Origin: Candidatus Buchananbacteria bacterium
Lineage (GTDB): Bacteria > Patescibacteriota > Patescibacteriia > Buchananbacterales > UBA6539
NCBI GenBank assembly: GCA_013359225.1
Contig: JABWCG010000001.1
Location: 134,410 to 198,409 of the forward strand
Length of the DNA stretch: 64,000 nt
Direction of reading: 5' to 3'
The notes below the pieces were generated by a model. It saw only the letters and a list, made by a program, of their open reading frames with translations. It did not search any database and was not told the DNA's origin. Position 1 is the first letter of the stretch. Each line of letters opens with the position of its first letter. Positions 37,436 through 46,921 of this stretch are shown here, in pieces. Both the position numbers and the translations under genes were made by a program.

Positions 37436-38595
37436 GACGGTTTCATCTTGCAAACAAAAAGAAAAAAAGTAATTTATTATCCAGAGTTTTACCTGATCAA
37501 AAAAGGTTTGGTAAAACGCCGGATTATTTTTTGGCCGGATTATTTTTTGTCATTATTCTTTTTGGTCTGTTAATGCTTTCGTCAGCCAGCAGTGTGTCGT
37601 CGTTTCGTGAATACAATGATGTTTACTTCTTTTTAAAGCGGCAGATTATCAGAGGATTTTTGCCAGGTTTGGCATTATTTGTCTTTTTCACGGTTGTTAA
37701 TTATCGAACTTGGGAAAAATTTACGGTGCCAATTTTTGGCTTAGCGTTGCTGCTGTTGGTGATGGTTTTAATCCCTGGCATTGGTGCTACGTATAATCAG
37801 TCGCAAAGCTGGATTAGTATTGGTGGTTTGTCGTTTCAGCCGTCAGAGGTTGTTAAATTGCTTTTAATTTTAAGTTTAGCCGGCTGGTTTTCCTACCGCG
37901 GTGAAGCAATGACTGGCGACTTTTGGAATGGTTTTTTGCCATTTTTGGTTATCTTGGGACTGGTTGGTGGGTTGGTGGCGTTGTCGGACCTTGGAACAGC
38001 AATTGTCATTGTTGCGATTGCTGTCGTGATTTATTTTGTTGCCGGTGCGCGAATTAGGCACGTTATTAGTTTAGTAGTGCTGGGTTTTGGGGCTGCAGCG
38101 GTGTTGATCGCTAAAGCACCATATCGCGCCGAACGTTTGATGACTTTTTTAAATCCGGAGCTTGATCCGCTGGGGTTTGGGTATCATATCAATCAGGCTT
38201 TTTTGGCGATTGGTTCTGGTGGTCTGTTCGGGCTGGGGTTTGGGCAGTCGCGCCAAAAATTCGCATATCTGCCAGAAGTGATGGGAGATTCAATTTTTGC
38301 TATCATTGCTGAAGAGCTGGGTTTTATTTTTGCCGCGAGTCTGATTGTCTTGTTTTTACTGCTGGCTTGGCGCGGATTGAAGCTGGCAAAAAAGGTTGAG
38401 GATGACTATGCGAGGTATATTGTTGTTGGCATCATTGGCTGGTTTACCTGGCAGGCTTTTTTCAACATCGCAGCAATGATTGGTTTAATGCCGTTGACCG
38501 GAATTCCGCTACCGTTCATTAGTTATGGAGGGACTGCCCTAGCTTCAGCGATGGCGGCGGCCGGCATTTTGATTAATATTTCCCGCCAGTCTTAG
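37432..38595 (+). CDS. ftsW: SEDS-family peptidoglycan glycosyltransferase (FtsW/RodA)
   Basis: It has 10 TM helices and the conserved C-terminal PLPFISYGGT motif. Confidence 0.85.
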   Translation: MRRFHLANKKKKSNLLSRVLPDQKRFGKTPDYFLAGLFFVIILFGLLMLSSASSVSSFREYNDVYFFLKRQIIRGFLPGLALFVFFTVVNYRTWEKFTVPIFGLALLLLVMVLIPGIGATYNQSQSWISIGGLSFQPSEVVKLLLILSLAGWFSYRGEAMTGDFWNGFLPFLVILGLVGGLVALSDLGTAIVIVAIAVVIYFVAGARIRHVISLVVLGFGAAAVLIAKAPYRAERLMTFLNPELDPLGFGYHINQAFLAIGSGGLFGLGFGQSRQKFAYLPEVMGDSIFAIIAEELGFIFAASLIVLFLLLAWRGLKLAKKVEDDYARYIVVGIIGWFTWQAFFNIAAMIGLMPLTGIPLPFISYGGTALASAMAAAGILINISRQS

Positions 38596-38631
38596 CTTGC
38601 CGCCCGGGGAGTAATTTGTTACTTTTAAGCT

Positions 38632-39678
38632 ATGAGGATACTATTTTCAGGAGGCGGAACAATCGGTTCGGTTAGTCCCTTGATTGCAATCTATGAAGAG
38701 ATAAACAGCAGTGTTTCGGGTGCTGATTTTTTATGGTTGGCAACTAAGGAGGGTACAGAAAATTCGCTGATTAGTTCCTATGGCATTCCAATCAAAAAAA
38801 TTTCTTCCGGCAAAATGAGACGCTATTTTAGTTGGCGGAATTTTTTGGATCCCTTTTTAATTGTAGCGGGGTTTTTTCAGGCATTAAAAATTATCTGGCA
38901 GTATCAGCCTTCGGTAGTAATGACTGCCGGTGGGTTTGTTTCAGTGCCGGTTGCCTGGGCAGCTTGGGTGCTAGGAAAACCGGTGACAGTTCATCAGCAG
39001 GATATCAGACCAGGATTAGCAAACAAATTGATGGCGCCGGTAGCAACTATTATTACCGTCACATTTAAAAAATCATTGAAAGATTTCCCGTCTAAGAAAA
39101 CGACAGTGGTTGGTAATCCAGTGAGAAAAGACATTTTAACCGCTCGCCGGGAAGAGGGGTATAAAATTTTTAATCTTGATCCGAATTTGCCAACTTTGTT
39201 AGTCATTGGCGGCGGTACGGGGGCGTTGAGTTTAAATAATTTAGTCGTTAACAGTTTGCCGCAGTTAGTGCAATTTTGTCAGGTGATTCATTTAACCGGC
39301 GGGCGACTTGATGTTGAGGCCAGCCATTCACGTTATCGTAGCTTTGATTTTTTAACAGACCAATTAAGGTATGCGTATGCGGTCGCCGATTTGGTTATTA
39401 CTCGGGCGGGGATGTCGTCGTTGACTGAACTAGCCGCTTGGCAAAAACCGTTGATTGTTGTTCCGATTCCGGAAACTCATCAGGAGGAAAATGCGGCGGA
39501 ATTTTTCCGTAATAATGCGGCAGTACTAATCAATGAAAAAGATCTTAATCCTGATATTCTGGCTAAGGCTGTCAGAGAGCTACTAGATGACAAGCCAGCG
39601 CTGAGTAATTTGAGCCGTAATATCACTAAGATTTTACCGCCGAATGCTTCTCGAAAAATAGTTGAGTTAATTTTATGA
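38632..39678 (+). CDS. murG: Undecaprenyldiphospho-muramoylpentapeptide beta-N-acetylglucosaminyltransferase
   Basis: The GT28 N-terminus reads ILFSGGGTIGSVSPLIAI, and the C-terminal region is ADLVITRAGMSSLTELAAWQKP. Confidence 0.85.
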   Translation: MRILFSGGGTIGSVSPLIAIYEEINSSVSGADFLWLATKEGTENSLISSYGIPIKKISSGKMRRYFSWRNFLDPFLIVAGFFQALKIIWQYQPSVVMTAGGFVSVPVAWAAWVLGKPVTVHQQDIRPGLANKLMAPVATIITVTFKKSLKDFPSKKTTVVGNPVRKDILTARREEGYKIFNLDPNLPTLLVIGGGTGALSLNNLVVNSLPQLVQFCQVIHLTGGRLDVEASHSRYRSFDFLTDQLRYAYAVADLVITRAGMSSLTELAAWQKPLIVVPIPETHQEENAAEFFRNNAAVLINEKDLNPDILAKAVRELLDDKPALSNLSRNITKILPPNASRKIVELIL

Positions 39679-40538
39679 GCGAAAACATTTCGCGAAAAAA
39701 AGTTGGTTTAGCTTTGTCTGGCGGTTTTATCCGGGCCACGGCTCAGATCGGCGTGATTGAGGTTTTGGAAGAAAATAATATTCCGATTGATATTATCTCT
39801 GGCTGTTCATCAGGCTCGGCAATTGCCGGCGCTTATGCCGCCGGAACACTGCCGCAATTAAAGAAGCGGTTGATTGAAGGCCGCCGCCGAGATTTCTGGC
39901 GGGTTATTTTTGAACCAACGATTCCCCGGGAAGGGTTTTTAAAAGGCGAGCGTAACCGGGTGTTTTTTGAGGAGTTTGTCGGCGACAAGGAGTTTAAGGA
40001 TTTGCATAAAAAGGTATTACTGACAGTGACTGATATTTTGACCATGAAAGAAACAATCATTGCCGACGGCAAGGTTGGGCAGGCAATTCAGGCTTGTACG
40101 GCGGTGCCTGGTGTGTTCAAACCGGTTAAAAGAGGTGGGCAGGTCTTAGTTGACGGCGGAAATTTTAATATGATCCCTTCAAATGTCTTGTATCAAAATG
40201 GCGCGGATTATGTCATTGCCGTGTATGTTTCCCGGCCGCCGAGCCTGTTTACCAGATTTTTTTCGACTTTGCGCGGCCTGAAAAAAAATAAAAAAGAAGC
40301 AATTAAAAATCATAAAACGAATTTGAATATTATTGACTTAATTTATCGGGCGTCCTGGCTATCGGTCGCTCAATCAAGGAATTTTTATCATACGGCTTAT
40401 CCATATAATATTATTATTGATCCGGGAATTAAGCATATTGGCCGAATGCACACTAGCGCCGTTAAATATTGTATTCAGGAAGGTCGTCGGGCGGCATTGC
40501 GAGCAGTGCCACAGATTAAAAAGGATCTAGGTTTATGA
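39675..40538 (+). CDS. Patatin-like phospholipase
   Basis: The oxyanion/Gly-rich region is GLALSGGFIRATAQIG. The nucleophile sits in GCSSG (GxSxG) and the catalytic Asp in VDGGNF (DGG). It overlaps murG and murC by 4 nt each. Confidence 0.8.
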   Translation: MSENISRKKVGLALSGGFIRATAQIGVIEVLEENNIPIDIISGCSSGSAIAGAYAAGTLPQLKKRLIEGRRRDFWRVIFEPTIPREGFLKGERNRVFFEEFVGDKEFKDLHKKVLLTVTDILTMKETIIADGKVGQAIQACTAVPGVFKPVKRGGQVLVDGGNFNMIPSNVLYQNGADYVIAVYVSRPPSLFTRFFSTLRGLKKNKKEAIKNHKTNLNIIDLIYRASWLSVAQSRNFYHTAYPYNIIIDPGIKHIGRMHTSAVKYCIQEGRRAALRAVPQIKKDLGL

Positions 40539-41917
40539 TTAATATTAACAGCATAAAAAAAATTTATTTTATCGGTATTAAAGGCGTAGCAATGTCTGGT
40601 TTGGCTGTGATCTGTAAACAACGGGGGTTGACGGTTTTTGGCTCCGATGTTCCCGAAAAATTTATTACGGATAAGATTTTAATTGATAATGACATCGAAG
40701 TTTTTGAAAATTTTTCTGCTCAGAATATGAGCGTTGATCCAGATTTAGTGGTGATTGGCGCCTCATGGGGAAGCGAAAATGTTGAAGTGGCAGAATGTCA
40801 CAAAAGGAAAATCCCGACCATCAGCGATTCAGAGTTGCGCGGTATTTTAAGCCGTGAGAAAAGGACTATCGCGGTAACCGGCGTTCATGGCAAAACCACC
40901 ACCACGGCTTTAGTGGCGCATGTGTTTCGTCAGGCGAGGCTAGATCCGAGCTTTTTAATTGGAACCGGACAAGTGCCTGATTTAAAAAGTAATGCCGCTT
41001 GGTCGACGGGCGCGCATTTTATTGTTGAGGGTGATGAATATATTCGGGCAAAAAATGATACCGTTTCAAAGTTTTTAGATCTTGATCCGGCCATTTCGAT
41101 TATTACCAGTTTGGAGTGGGAACATGTTGATGTATTTCCCGATTTGGCATCTTTAGAAAAATCTTTTGCCCAGCTGATTGAGAAGACAAAGAATGTTGTT
41201 GTGGCATGTGGTGATTGGCCTAGTGTTAGAAAGATTATTGCTAACCAAGATAAAACCATTGTTACGTACGGTTTGGGTGACGATAATATGTATGTTGCTA
41301 GGGACATCATTCATGAATTTAATAAAACTACCTTCAGGCTTTTTAAATCCGGGGAAGAAATTGGTAAGTTTGAGACGGGCTTGTTTGGCGTTCATAATGT
41401 ATTAAATTGTTGTGCCGCCATTATTGTTGGCTTAATGGAAAGTGTCAGCCTGGAACAGATTAGAGTGGCATTGTTAAGTTTTAAAGGAACTGAACGCCGG
41501 TTTGATGTCTCAGAAAAAAATGGCATTATATTTGTTGACGATTATGGTCATCATCCGACGGAAATTAAGACTACTCTTGAGGCGGTGCGCCATCGTTATC
41601 CTGATAAAAAAATTTGGTGTGTCTTTCAGCCGCATATGGTTTCGCGGACTAAAGCGCTTTTGTCTGATTTCACCCGAAGTTTCAACAGCGTTGACCGGAT
41701 AATTTTTGCCGATATTTTTGCTTCGGCGCGTGAGCAAGGCCATGATTTTACCTCAGAACACCTGGCGCAAGCCACTAAAATAAATCATCCCGACGTGGTT
41801 TACGCCGGTGATCTTAATCAAACGATTAATTATTTGAAAGAAAGGCTGGAGCCTGGTACAGTATTAGTTACGATGGGTGCGGGGGATGTCTATCGGGTTC
41901 GTGATAAATTAATTTAA
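40535..41917 (+). CDS. murC: UDP-N-acetylmuramate--L-alanine ligase
   Basis: Has IYFIGIKGVAMSGLA and the P-loop VTGVHGKTTTTALVAH. Confidence 0.85.
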   Translation: MININSIKKIYFIGIKGVAMSGLAVICKQRGLTVFGSDVPEKFITDKILIDNDIEVFENFSAQNMSVDPDLVVIGASWGSENVEVAECHKRKIPTISDSELRGILSREKRTIAVTGVHGKTTTTALVAHVFRQARLDPSFLIGTGQVPDLKSNAAWSTGAHFIVEGDEYIRAKNDTVSKFLDLDPAISIITSLEWEHVDVFPDLASLEKSFAQLIEKTKNVVVACGDWPSVRKIIANQDKTIVTYGLGDDNMYVARDIIHEFNKTTFRLFKSGEEIGKFETGLFGVHNVLNCCAAIIVGLMESVSLEQIRVALLSFKGTERRFDVSEKNGIIFVDDYGHHPTEIKTTLEAVRHRYPDKKIWCVFQPHMVSRTKALLSDFTRSFNSVDRIIFADIFASAREQGHDFTSEHLAQATKINHPDVVYAGDLNQTINYLKERLEPGTVLVTMGAGDVYRVRDKLI

Positions 41918-41924
41918 TAATTAT

Positions 41925-42887
41925 ATGCCAAATCTAAAAGAGTTGTTGCCAACAGTGCAGGAAAATGTCAGTTTAGCTGAACAGTGCACTTATAAGTTGG
42001 GTGGCCCGGCGCGGTATTTTTATTTAGCAAAAAGCAGTGAAGATTTGTTAAAGGCAATTCAGGCAGCGACCAAATTGGGCATTGAATATACGGTGATTGG
42101 TTGGGGAAGTAATATTTTAATTGCTGATTTGGGTTATGATGGATTGGTAATAAAAAATCTCGGCGGTAAATTGACGGCTAATGGAGAAGAAATTATCGTT
42201 GAAAGCGGCGTTGATTTGTCTAAGCTTGTTGACTTCGCCACCAAGAAAGGTTTGACCGGCCTGGAATTTGCGTCCGGTATTCCCGGTACGGTTGGCGGTG
42301 CGGTCTATGGTAATGCCGGTGCATACGGTTCGAGCTTTTCTGAAATTGTAACCGAAGTAACGGTGTACCAGGCCGGCGAAATTAAAAAAATGAGCAACCG
42401 CGATATGGGCTTTGGGTATCGTCATAGCATCCTGAAAGAAAAGCCGGCTTTGGTACTGTCGGTAATATTGAAATTAAAAAAAGGAGATCAAAAAGAAATT
42501 GCGGCGAAAGTCCGAGAGATTATCAAACAGCGCGAAGCAAAGTTACCGTCTGAACCAAGTTGCGGTTGTGTGTTTAAAAATATTGAACTTGATAAAGTTG
42601 CAATTGATAAGGCTAAAGTTATAAAGGGGCTGGATATTAGTGAGGAGGAATGGAACGAGGCAACTAAGTATGGCAAGCTCTCTTCGGGGTATATTATTGA
42701 TCGGCTGGGATTAAAAGATAAAAAGATTGGTGGCTGCCATATTTCATCAAAACATGGTGCGTATATTGTCAACACTGAACACGCTAGGGCAGAGCACGTA
42801 ATTATGCTTATCTCAGAAGTGAAAATGAAAGTGCGCAATGCTACCGGTATTCAGCTGCAGGAAGAAGTGCAGTATTTGGGATTTTAG
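41925..42887 (+). CDS. murB: UDP-N-acetylenolpyruvoylglucosamine reductase
   Basis: It has the FAD-binding domain with TYKLGGPARYF and GWGSNIL, and a C-terminal MurB domain. Confidence 0.85.
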   Translation: MPNLKELLPTVQENVSLAEQCTYKLGGPARYFYLAKSSEDLLKAIQAATKLGIEYTVIGWGSNILIADLGYDGLVIKNLGGKLTANGEEIIVESGVDLSKLVDFATKKGLTGLEFASGIPGTVGGAVYGNAGAYGSSFSEIVTEVTVYQAGEIKKMSNRDMGFGYRHSILKEKPALVLSVILKLKKGDQKEIAAKVREIIKQREAKLPSEPSCGCVFKNIELDKVAIDKAKVIKGLDISEEEWNEATKYGKLSSGYIIDRLGLKDKKIGGCHISSKHGAYIVNTEHARAEHVIMLISEVKMKVRNATGIQLQEEVQYLGF

Positions 42888-42910
42888 AAAAAACAACCCA
42901 AAGTGGGTTG
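42887..42910 (-). terminator. Terminator for the minus-strand island gene. It sits directly after the murB stop and may also act for murB
   Basis: AAAAAACAACCCA-aag-TGGGTTG. On the minus strand the stem is followed by TTTTTTTCT. Confidence 0.55.
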
Positions 42911-42926
42911 TCAAAGAGTCTAAGGT

Positions 42927-43298
42927 TCAGGGGCGGCTTTGTATAGCCGCTTCGATCTTTTTTGCCAACTTCGGCAAATCCCTTGGGTATGAGCTCGCAA
43001 TGAAGATGTGATCTTTGGTGCAGAACTCTTTGGCGGGATAATGCCCGATGACGATGATCGGAATTGTGCAACCGGATTGATTCAGTTGGTTTAAGGCTTG
43101 TGAGGTGTTTATCTCGGCGCAGCCCTCTTTAATCTCCTGGAGCAGTAGCGCGTCGGCAGCGCCACCAGCCACCTGGCTGAGCAAATCTGCCAGGCAAAAG
43201 ACGGCAGTTATGGCGAAACCTTCGTTTTGAAGGTAATCGGCCAAAATCAACATCTCGGTATCCTTGGTTGGGGACATCAGGAATGTCACTTTTGACAC
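42927..43298 (-). CDS. Hypothetical protein with a degenerate CheY-like receiver fold (pseudo-receiver?), 123 aa, in an atypical island
   Basis: I place the start at GTG 43298, 9 nt after the AGGAGG SD. It has an alternating beta-alpha pattern (MLILADY...ADALLLQEI...IPIIVIGHYP) but lacks the conserved acidic pocket. Confidence 0.4.
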   Translation of the reverse strand: MSKVTFLMSPTKDTEMLILADYLQNEGFAITAVFCLADLLSQVAGGAADALLLQEIKEGCAEINTSQALNQLNQSGCTIPIIVIGHYPAKEFCTKDHIFIASSYPRDLPKLAKKIEAAIQSRP

Positions 43299-43406
43299 GG
43301 GTGCGGCCCTCCTGTAAGCTTTCAATGAAACATCGGTTGATTATTGTAGCCTGATTTTTTCACCTTGTCAATTAACGGTTTATGTTATATAATATCTACG
43401 TTTTAT

Positions 43407-46157
43407 ATGAATTTAGCAAAACAATTAGAAAAGATTTTTGGCGATCCTAGCCAGCATTTTCTGAAAAAGTCAGCGCCATTGGTGGATCAAATTAATGCCC
43501 TGGAAAAAAAATTTGAGGCGTTAACTGATCAAGCATTAAAAGATCAAACCCAAAAATTCAGAGCGGATTTGAAAAACAACAAAACTTTGGAAGAAATTTT
43601 GCCGGAGGCCTTTAGCTGTGTCCGCGAAGCAGCAAAACGAACCCTGGGGATTCGGCATTACGACGTTCAGTTATTGGCCGGAATTGTTTTGCATCATGGC
43701 CATATCGCCGAACAAAAAACCGGTGAAGGAAAAACATTGTCGGCAACAACAGCGCTATATTTGAACGCGCTTGAAGGTGCGGGCGCTCATTTGGTCACGG
43801 TTAACGATTATTTGTCCCGCCGCGACTGCGGTTGGATGGGTCCGGTTTATGATGCGCTCGGTTTAACGGTTGGTGTCATAGTTCATGACGCCGCTTTTAT
43901 TTATGATCCGAAGTACACCGATGATAAGGCAACCGACCCCCGTTTGATTCATCTCAGGCCGGTGACGCGCAAAGAAGCATATCTGGCCGACATTACTTAC
44001 GGCACCAACAATGAATTTGGCTTTGATTATTTGCGTGATAACATGGTGCAGAGTTTAGAACAAATGGTTCAGCGCGATTTACACTTTGCAATTGTTGATG
44101 AAGTTGACAGTATTTTAATTGATGAAGCGCGGACTCCGCTGATTATTTCCGCGCCGGATATGGAGTCTACTGATAAGTACCGCCAGTTTGCCCAGCTAGT
44201 TACAAAACTGAAAGAAAACGAAGATTATAATATTGACGAAAAACGCCGAGCAGCAACTCTGACCGAAGAGGGAATCAATAAGCTGGAAAAATTTTTGGGC
44301 GTTGAAAATATTTATACCGATCGCGGGATTTCTGAGGTTCATCACATTGAGCAGGCGCTTAAGGCGCACACTTTGTTTAAGCGTGACCGCGATTATGTTG
44401 TCAAAGACGGTGAGGTTATTATTGTCGACGAGTTCACCGGTCGAATGATGTTTGGCCGGCGCTATAGCGAAGGACTACATCAGGCGATCGAGGCAAAAGA
44501 AGGGGTTGAAGTTCAGCGTGAAAGCCGTACGTTGGCAACCATTACTTTTCAAAATTATTTTAGATTATACAAGAAACTAGCCGGGATGACCGGTACTGCC
44601 AAAACTGAAGAAGAAGAGTTCCAAAAAATTTATGGATTGGACGTGGCGGTAATCCCAACCAATAAGCCGTTAGCCAGGGTTGATTTATCGGATCGGATTT
44701 ATAAGAACGAAGAGGCAAAATTCCGTGCCGTGGTGACGGAAGTCAAAGAGCGCCACACCAAGGGCCAGCCGGTTTTAATTGGTACAATTTCGATTGAAAA
44801 AAATGAACTACTTAGCGTTTTGCTCGATCGTGAAGGTATTCCTCATAATTTATTAAATGCCAAACAGCACGAACGCGAAGCACAAATCATTTCTCAGGCC
44901 GGACGAATTGGTGCTGTCACAGTTGCGACCAACATGGCCGGCCGCGGTGTTGATATTAAACTTGGTGGTGATCCGGTTGATGCTCAAGAGGAGGCGAAAG
45001 TCAAAGAACTTGGCGGTTTGTTTATCCTTGGCACTGAGCGGCACGAATCTCGCCGGATTGATAACCAGCTGCGCGGTCGTGGCGGGCGGCAGGGTGACCC
45101 CGGCAACTCGCAATTTTATGTTTGCCTTGACGATGATTTAATGCGGATTTTCGGCTCAGACCGGATTAAGCGGGTGATGGAAACTCTTAAAGTGCCTGAT
45201 GACATGCCAATCGAAAACAGAATGATTACTCGGTCGTTAGAAGCAGCGCAAAAAAAAGTTGAGGGATTTCATTTTGATACTCGTAAACATTTGGTTGAAT
45301 ATGACGACGTTTTAAATAAACAGCGTGAAACAATTTATCGTAAACGCCGCGAGGCGCTTAAAGGCGAAAATCTTAAGGATCAGATTTTAACCCAAGTTCG
45401 GCAAGAGATTGAAGAAGTGGTTAATTTCCATACTGCCGAAGGCGATGAAACCGCTTGGAATTTACAGGAAATTTATGAAGTGGTAAATACCGTTTTTCCG
45501 CTTGATCAAACGGTTCGTTTGGAAATTAAAGACATTGGTTTGGAAGCCGGCGACGCCATTGAAGATAATACTTCGAGAGGAAAGTTAATTGGGTATCTTT
45601 TTAAGCTGGCCGTTGACCACTACAATACCATTGAAGAAGAGGTCGTTAAGACCGTTGGTACGGCCGACGCGTTGCGCCGGGTGGAACGGGGCATTATTTT
45701 GCGCAGCATTGATACATTATGGATTGAGCACTTGGAAGCGCTTGATAGTTTGCGGGCTGGCATTGGTTTGCGCGGCTACGGTCAGCGTGATCCGCTGGTT
45801 GAATATAAAAAAGAATCTTTTGGGCTGTTTACCGAATTATTAAAAATGATTCGTAAACAAATTGTGTACAGTATTTACAAAGTCGGCGCTGCAAGTCAAA
45901 TTGCACCAGGAGTGATGATGAATCAAATTCCCGGCCTGACTTTTCAGGCGCCGTCAAAAACCGGTAGTTCCAGTCATTCAGCGATTTTACAGGCCGGTGC
46001 CGGAAAAACGCCACAGCAGCGGGAAGTGGAAAACCGTGAAGCGTCCAATGCGGTGGTAGAAGATGCTCACACCCATTATCAGGGCCAAAAAGTCGGACGC
46101 AATGATTTATGTCCATGTGGTTCTGGTAAAAAGTTTAAAAAGTGCCATGGAGCATAA
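43407..46157 (+). CDS. secA: Preprotein translocase ATPase SecA
   Basis: It starts MNLAKQLEKIFGDPSQ. DEAD motor motifs are present, and the C-terminal zinc finger reads CPCGSGKKFKKCHG. The ORF-track start at 43365 is an upstream extension. Confidence 0.95.
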   Translation: MNLAKQLEKIFGDPSQHFLKKSAPLVDQINALEKKFEALTDQALKDQTQKFRADLKNNKTLEEILPEAFSCVREAAKRTLGIRHYDVQLLAGIVLHHGHIAEQKTGEGKTLSATTALYLNALEGAGAHLVTVNDYLSRRDCGWMGPVYDALGLTVGVIVHDAAFIYDPKYTDDKATDPRLIHLRPVTRKEAYLADITYGTNNEFGFDYLRDNMVQSLEQMVQRDLHFAIVDEVDSILIDEARTPLIISAPDMESTDKYRQFAQLVTKLKENEDYNIDEKRRAATLTEEGINKLEKFLGVENIYTDRGISEVHHIEQALKAHTLFKRDRDYVVKDGEVIIVDEFTGRMMFGRRYSEGLHQAIEAKEGVEVQRESRTLATITFQNYFRLYKKLAGMTGTAKTEEEEFQKIYGLDVAVIPTNKPLARVDLSDRIYKNEEAKFRAVVTEVKERHTKGQPVLIGTISIEKNELLSVLLDREGIPHNLLNAKQHEREAQIISQAGRIGAVTVATNMAGRGVDIKLGGDPVDAQEEAKVKELGGLFILGTERHESRRIDNQLRGRGGRQGDPGNSQFYVCLDDDLMRIFGSDRIKRVMETLKVPDDMPIENRMITRSLEAAQKKVEGFHFDTRKHLVEYDDVLNKQRETIYRKRREALKGENLKDQILTQVRQEIEEVVNFHTAEGDETAWNLQEIYEVVNTVFPLDQTVRLEIKDIGLEAGDAIEDNTSRGKLIGYLFKLAVDHYNTIEEEVVKTVGTADALRRVERGIILRSIDTLWIEHLEALDSLRAGIGLRGYGQRDPLVEYKKESFGLFTELLKMIRKQIVYSIYKVGAASQIAPGVMMNQIPGLTFQAPSKTGSSSHSAILQAGAGKTPQQREVENREASNAVVEDAHTHYQGQKVGRNDLCPCGSGKKFKKCHGA

Positions 46158-46596
46158 AAATAAGAAAGTCAAAATTGCTATTTGTGGGAGCCTAGATTTT
46201 ACTTACGAAATTGAAAAACTCGCGCAAGAGCTTCGGAATAGGGGGTTTGAAGTATTCATTCCGATTAGCTCGGAAAAAATTTTAAGAGGAGAGGTTTCTC
46301 TTGAAGAGATTAAACAAGAAAAAAGAGCTGGAAAATTTTCAGAAAGAGCGATAAAGAATAATTCAATTCGCGAATATTGGAACATAATCAATGAGTGTGA
46401 TTGCGTCTTGATTGCAAATTATGACAAAAAGGGTATTGCCGGGTATGTTGGCGGAAACGTTTTTCTTGAAATGGGATTTGCACATGTGCTAAAAAAGAAA
46501 ATCTTTTTGTTGCACGGCGTTCCCGATATGATCTATAGCGATGAAATTAAAGCGATGCAGCCAATTGTTTTGAACGAAGATTTATCAAGTATATGA
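46147..46596 (+). CDS. Nucleoside 2-deoxyribosyltransferase-like / Rcl-like protein
   Basis: It starts at ATG 46147 (MEHKNKKVKIAICGSL), overlapping the secA 3' end by 11 nt. The VGGNVFLEMGFAHVLKKKIFLL motif resembles the Nuc_deoxyrib_tr family signature. Confidence 0.5.
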   Translation: MEHKNKKVKIAICGSLDFTYEIEKLAQELRNRGFEVFIPISSEKILRGEVSLEEIKQEKRAGKFSERAIKNNSIREYWNIINECDCVLIANYDKKGIAGYVGGNVFLEMGFAHVLKKKIFLLHGVPDMIYSDEIKAMQPIVLNEDLSSI

Positions 46597-46895
46597 AATA
46601 TAATAAATTAGTCAGAGACAAAATCCCTGAATACATTGCCCGAAAAGGCGGTAAAGCTATTACCCATATTGCCAATGATAAAGAGTATTGGGAAAAGTTA
46701 AAGGAAAAGCTGCAGGAGGAAACGCAGGAATTTTTTGAGAATGAAACAATTGAAGAACTGGCCGACATTCAGGAGGTGATTAAGGCAATTAGTGATTATT
46801 TAAAATTTGATGAAACCCAAATCGCTTTAGTAAGGAAGAAAAAATTGGAGGAGCGGGGAGCATTTACCAAGAAAATTATTTTGGACGAGTCCTAA
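46593..46895 (+). CDS. MazG-like / phosphoribosyl-ATP pyrophosphohydrolase-like all-alpha NTP pyrophosphatase
   Basis: The N-terminal YNKLVRDKIPEYI signature and the EExxE acidic helix (EETQEFFENETIEELADIQE) fit this family. Confidence 0.5.
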   Translation: MKYNKLVRDKIPEYIARKGGKAITHIANDKEYWEKLKEKLQEETQEFFENETIEELADIQEVIKAISDYLKFDETQIALVRKKKLEERGAFTKKIILDES

Positions 46896-46921
46896 ACTAA
46901 AACGTCATTAATAATAACAAT

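Noticed and set aside
39675-40538. Patatin as a CBASS/anti-phage effector
   Set aside because: No cyclase, CD-NTase, SAVED/STING sensor or other defence partner is adjacent. The gene is translationally fused into the dcw operon, so a housekeeping or lipid role is more likely.
43365-43406. N-terminal extensions proposed by the ORF track for secA (43365), mraZ (60024), island-3 membrane gene (51917), Rcl-like gene (46063), uppP (48463), alpha/beta hydrolase (56978), tsaB (57790) and DUF2304 (1565)
   Set aside because: In each case a downstream in-frame ATG gives the canonical family N-terminus, a better RBS or an ATGA overlap. The extensions overlap neighbouring genes or terminators.
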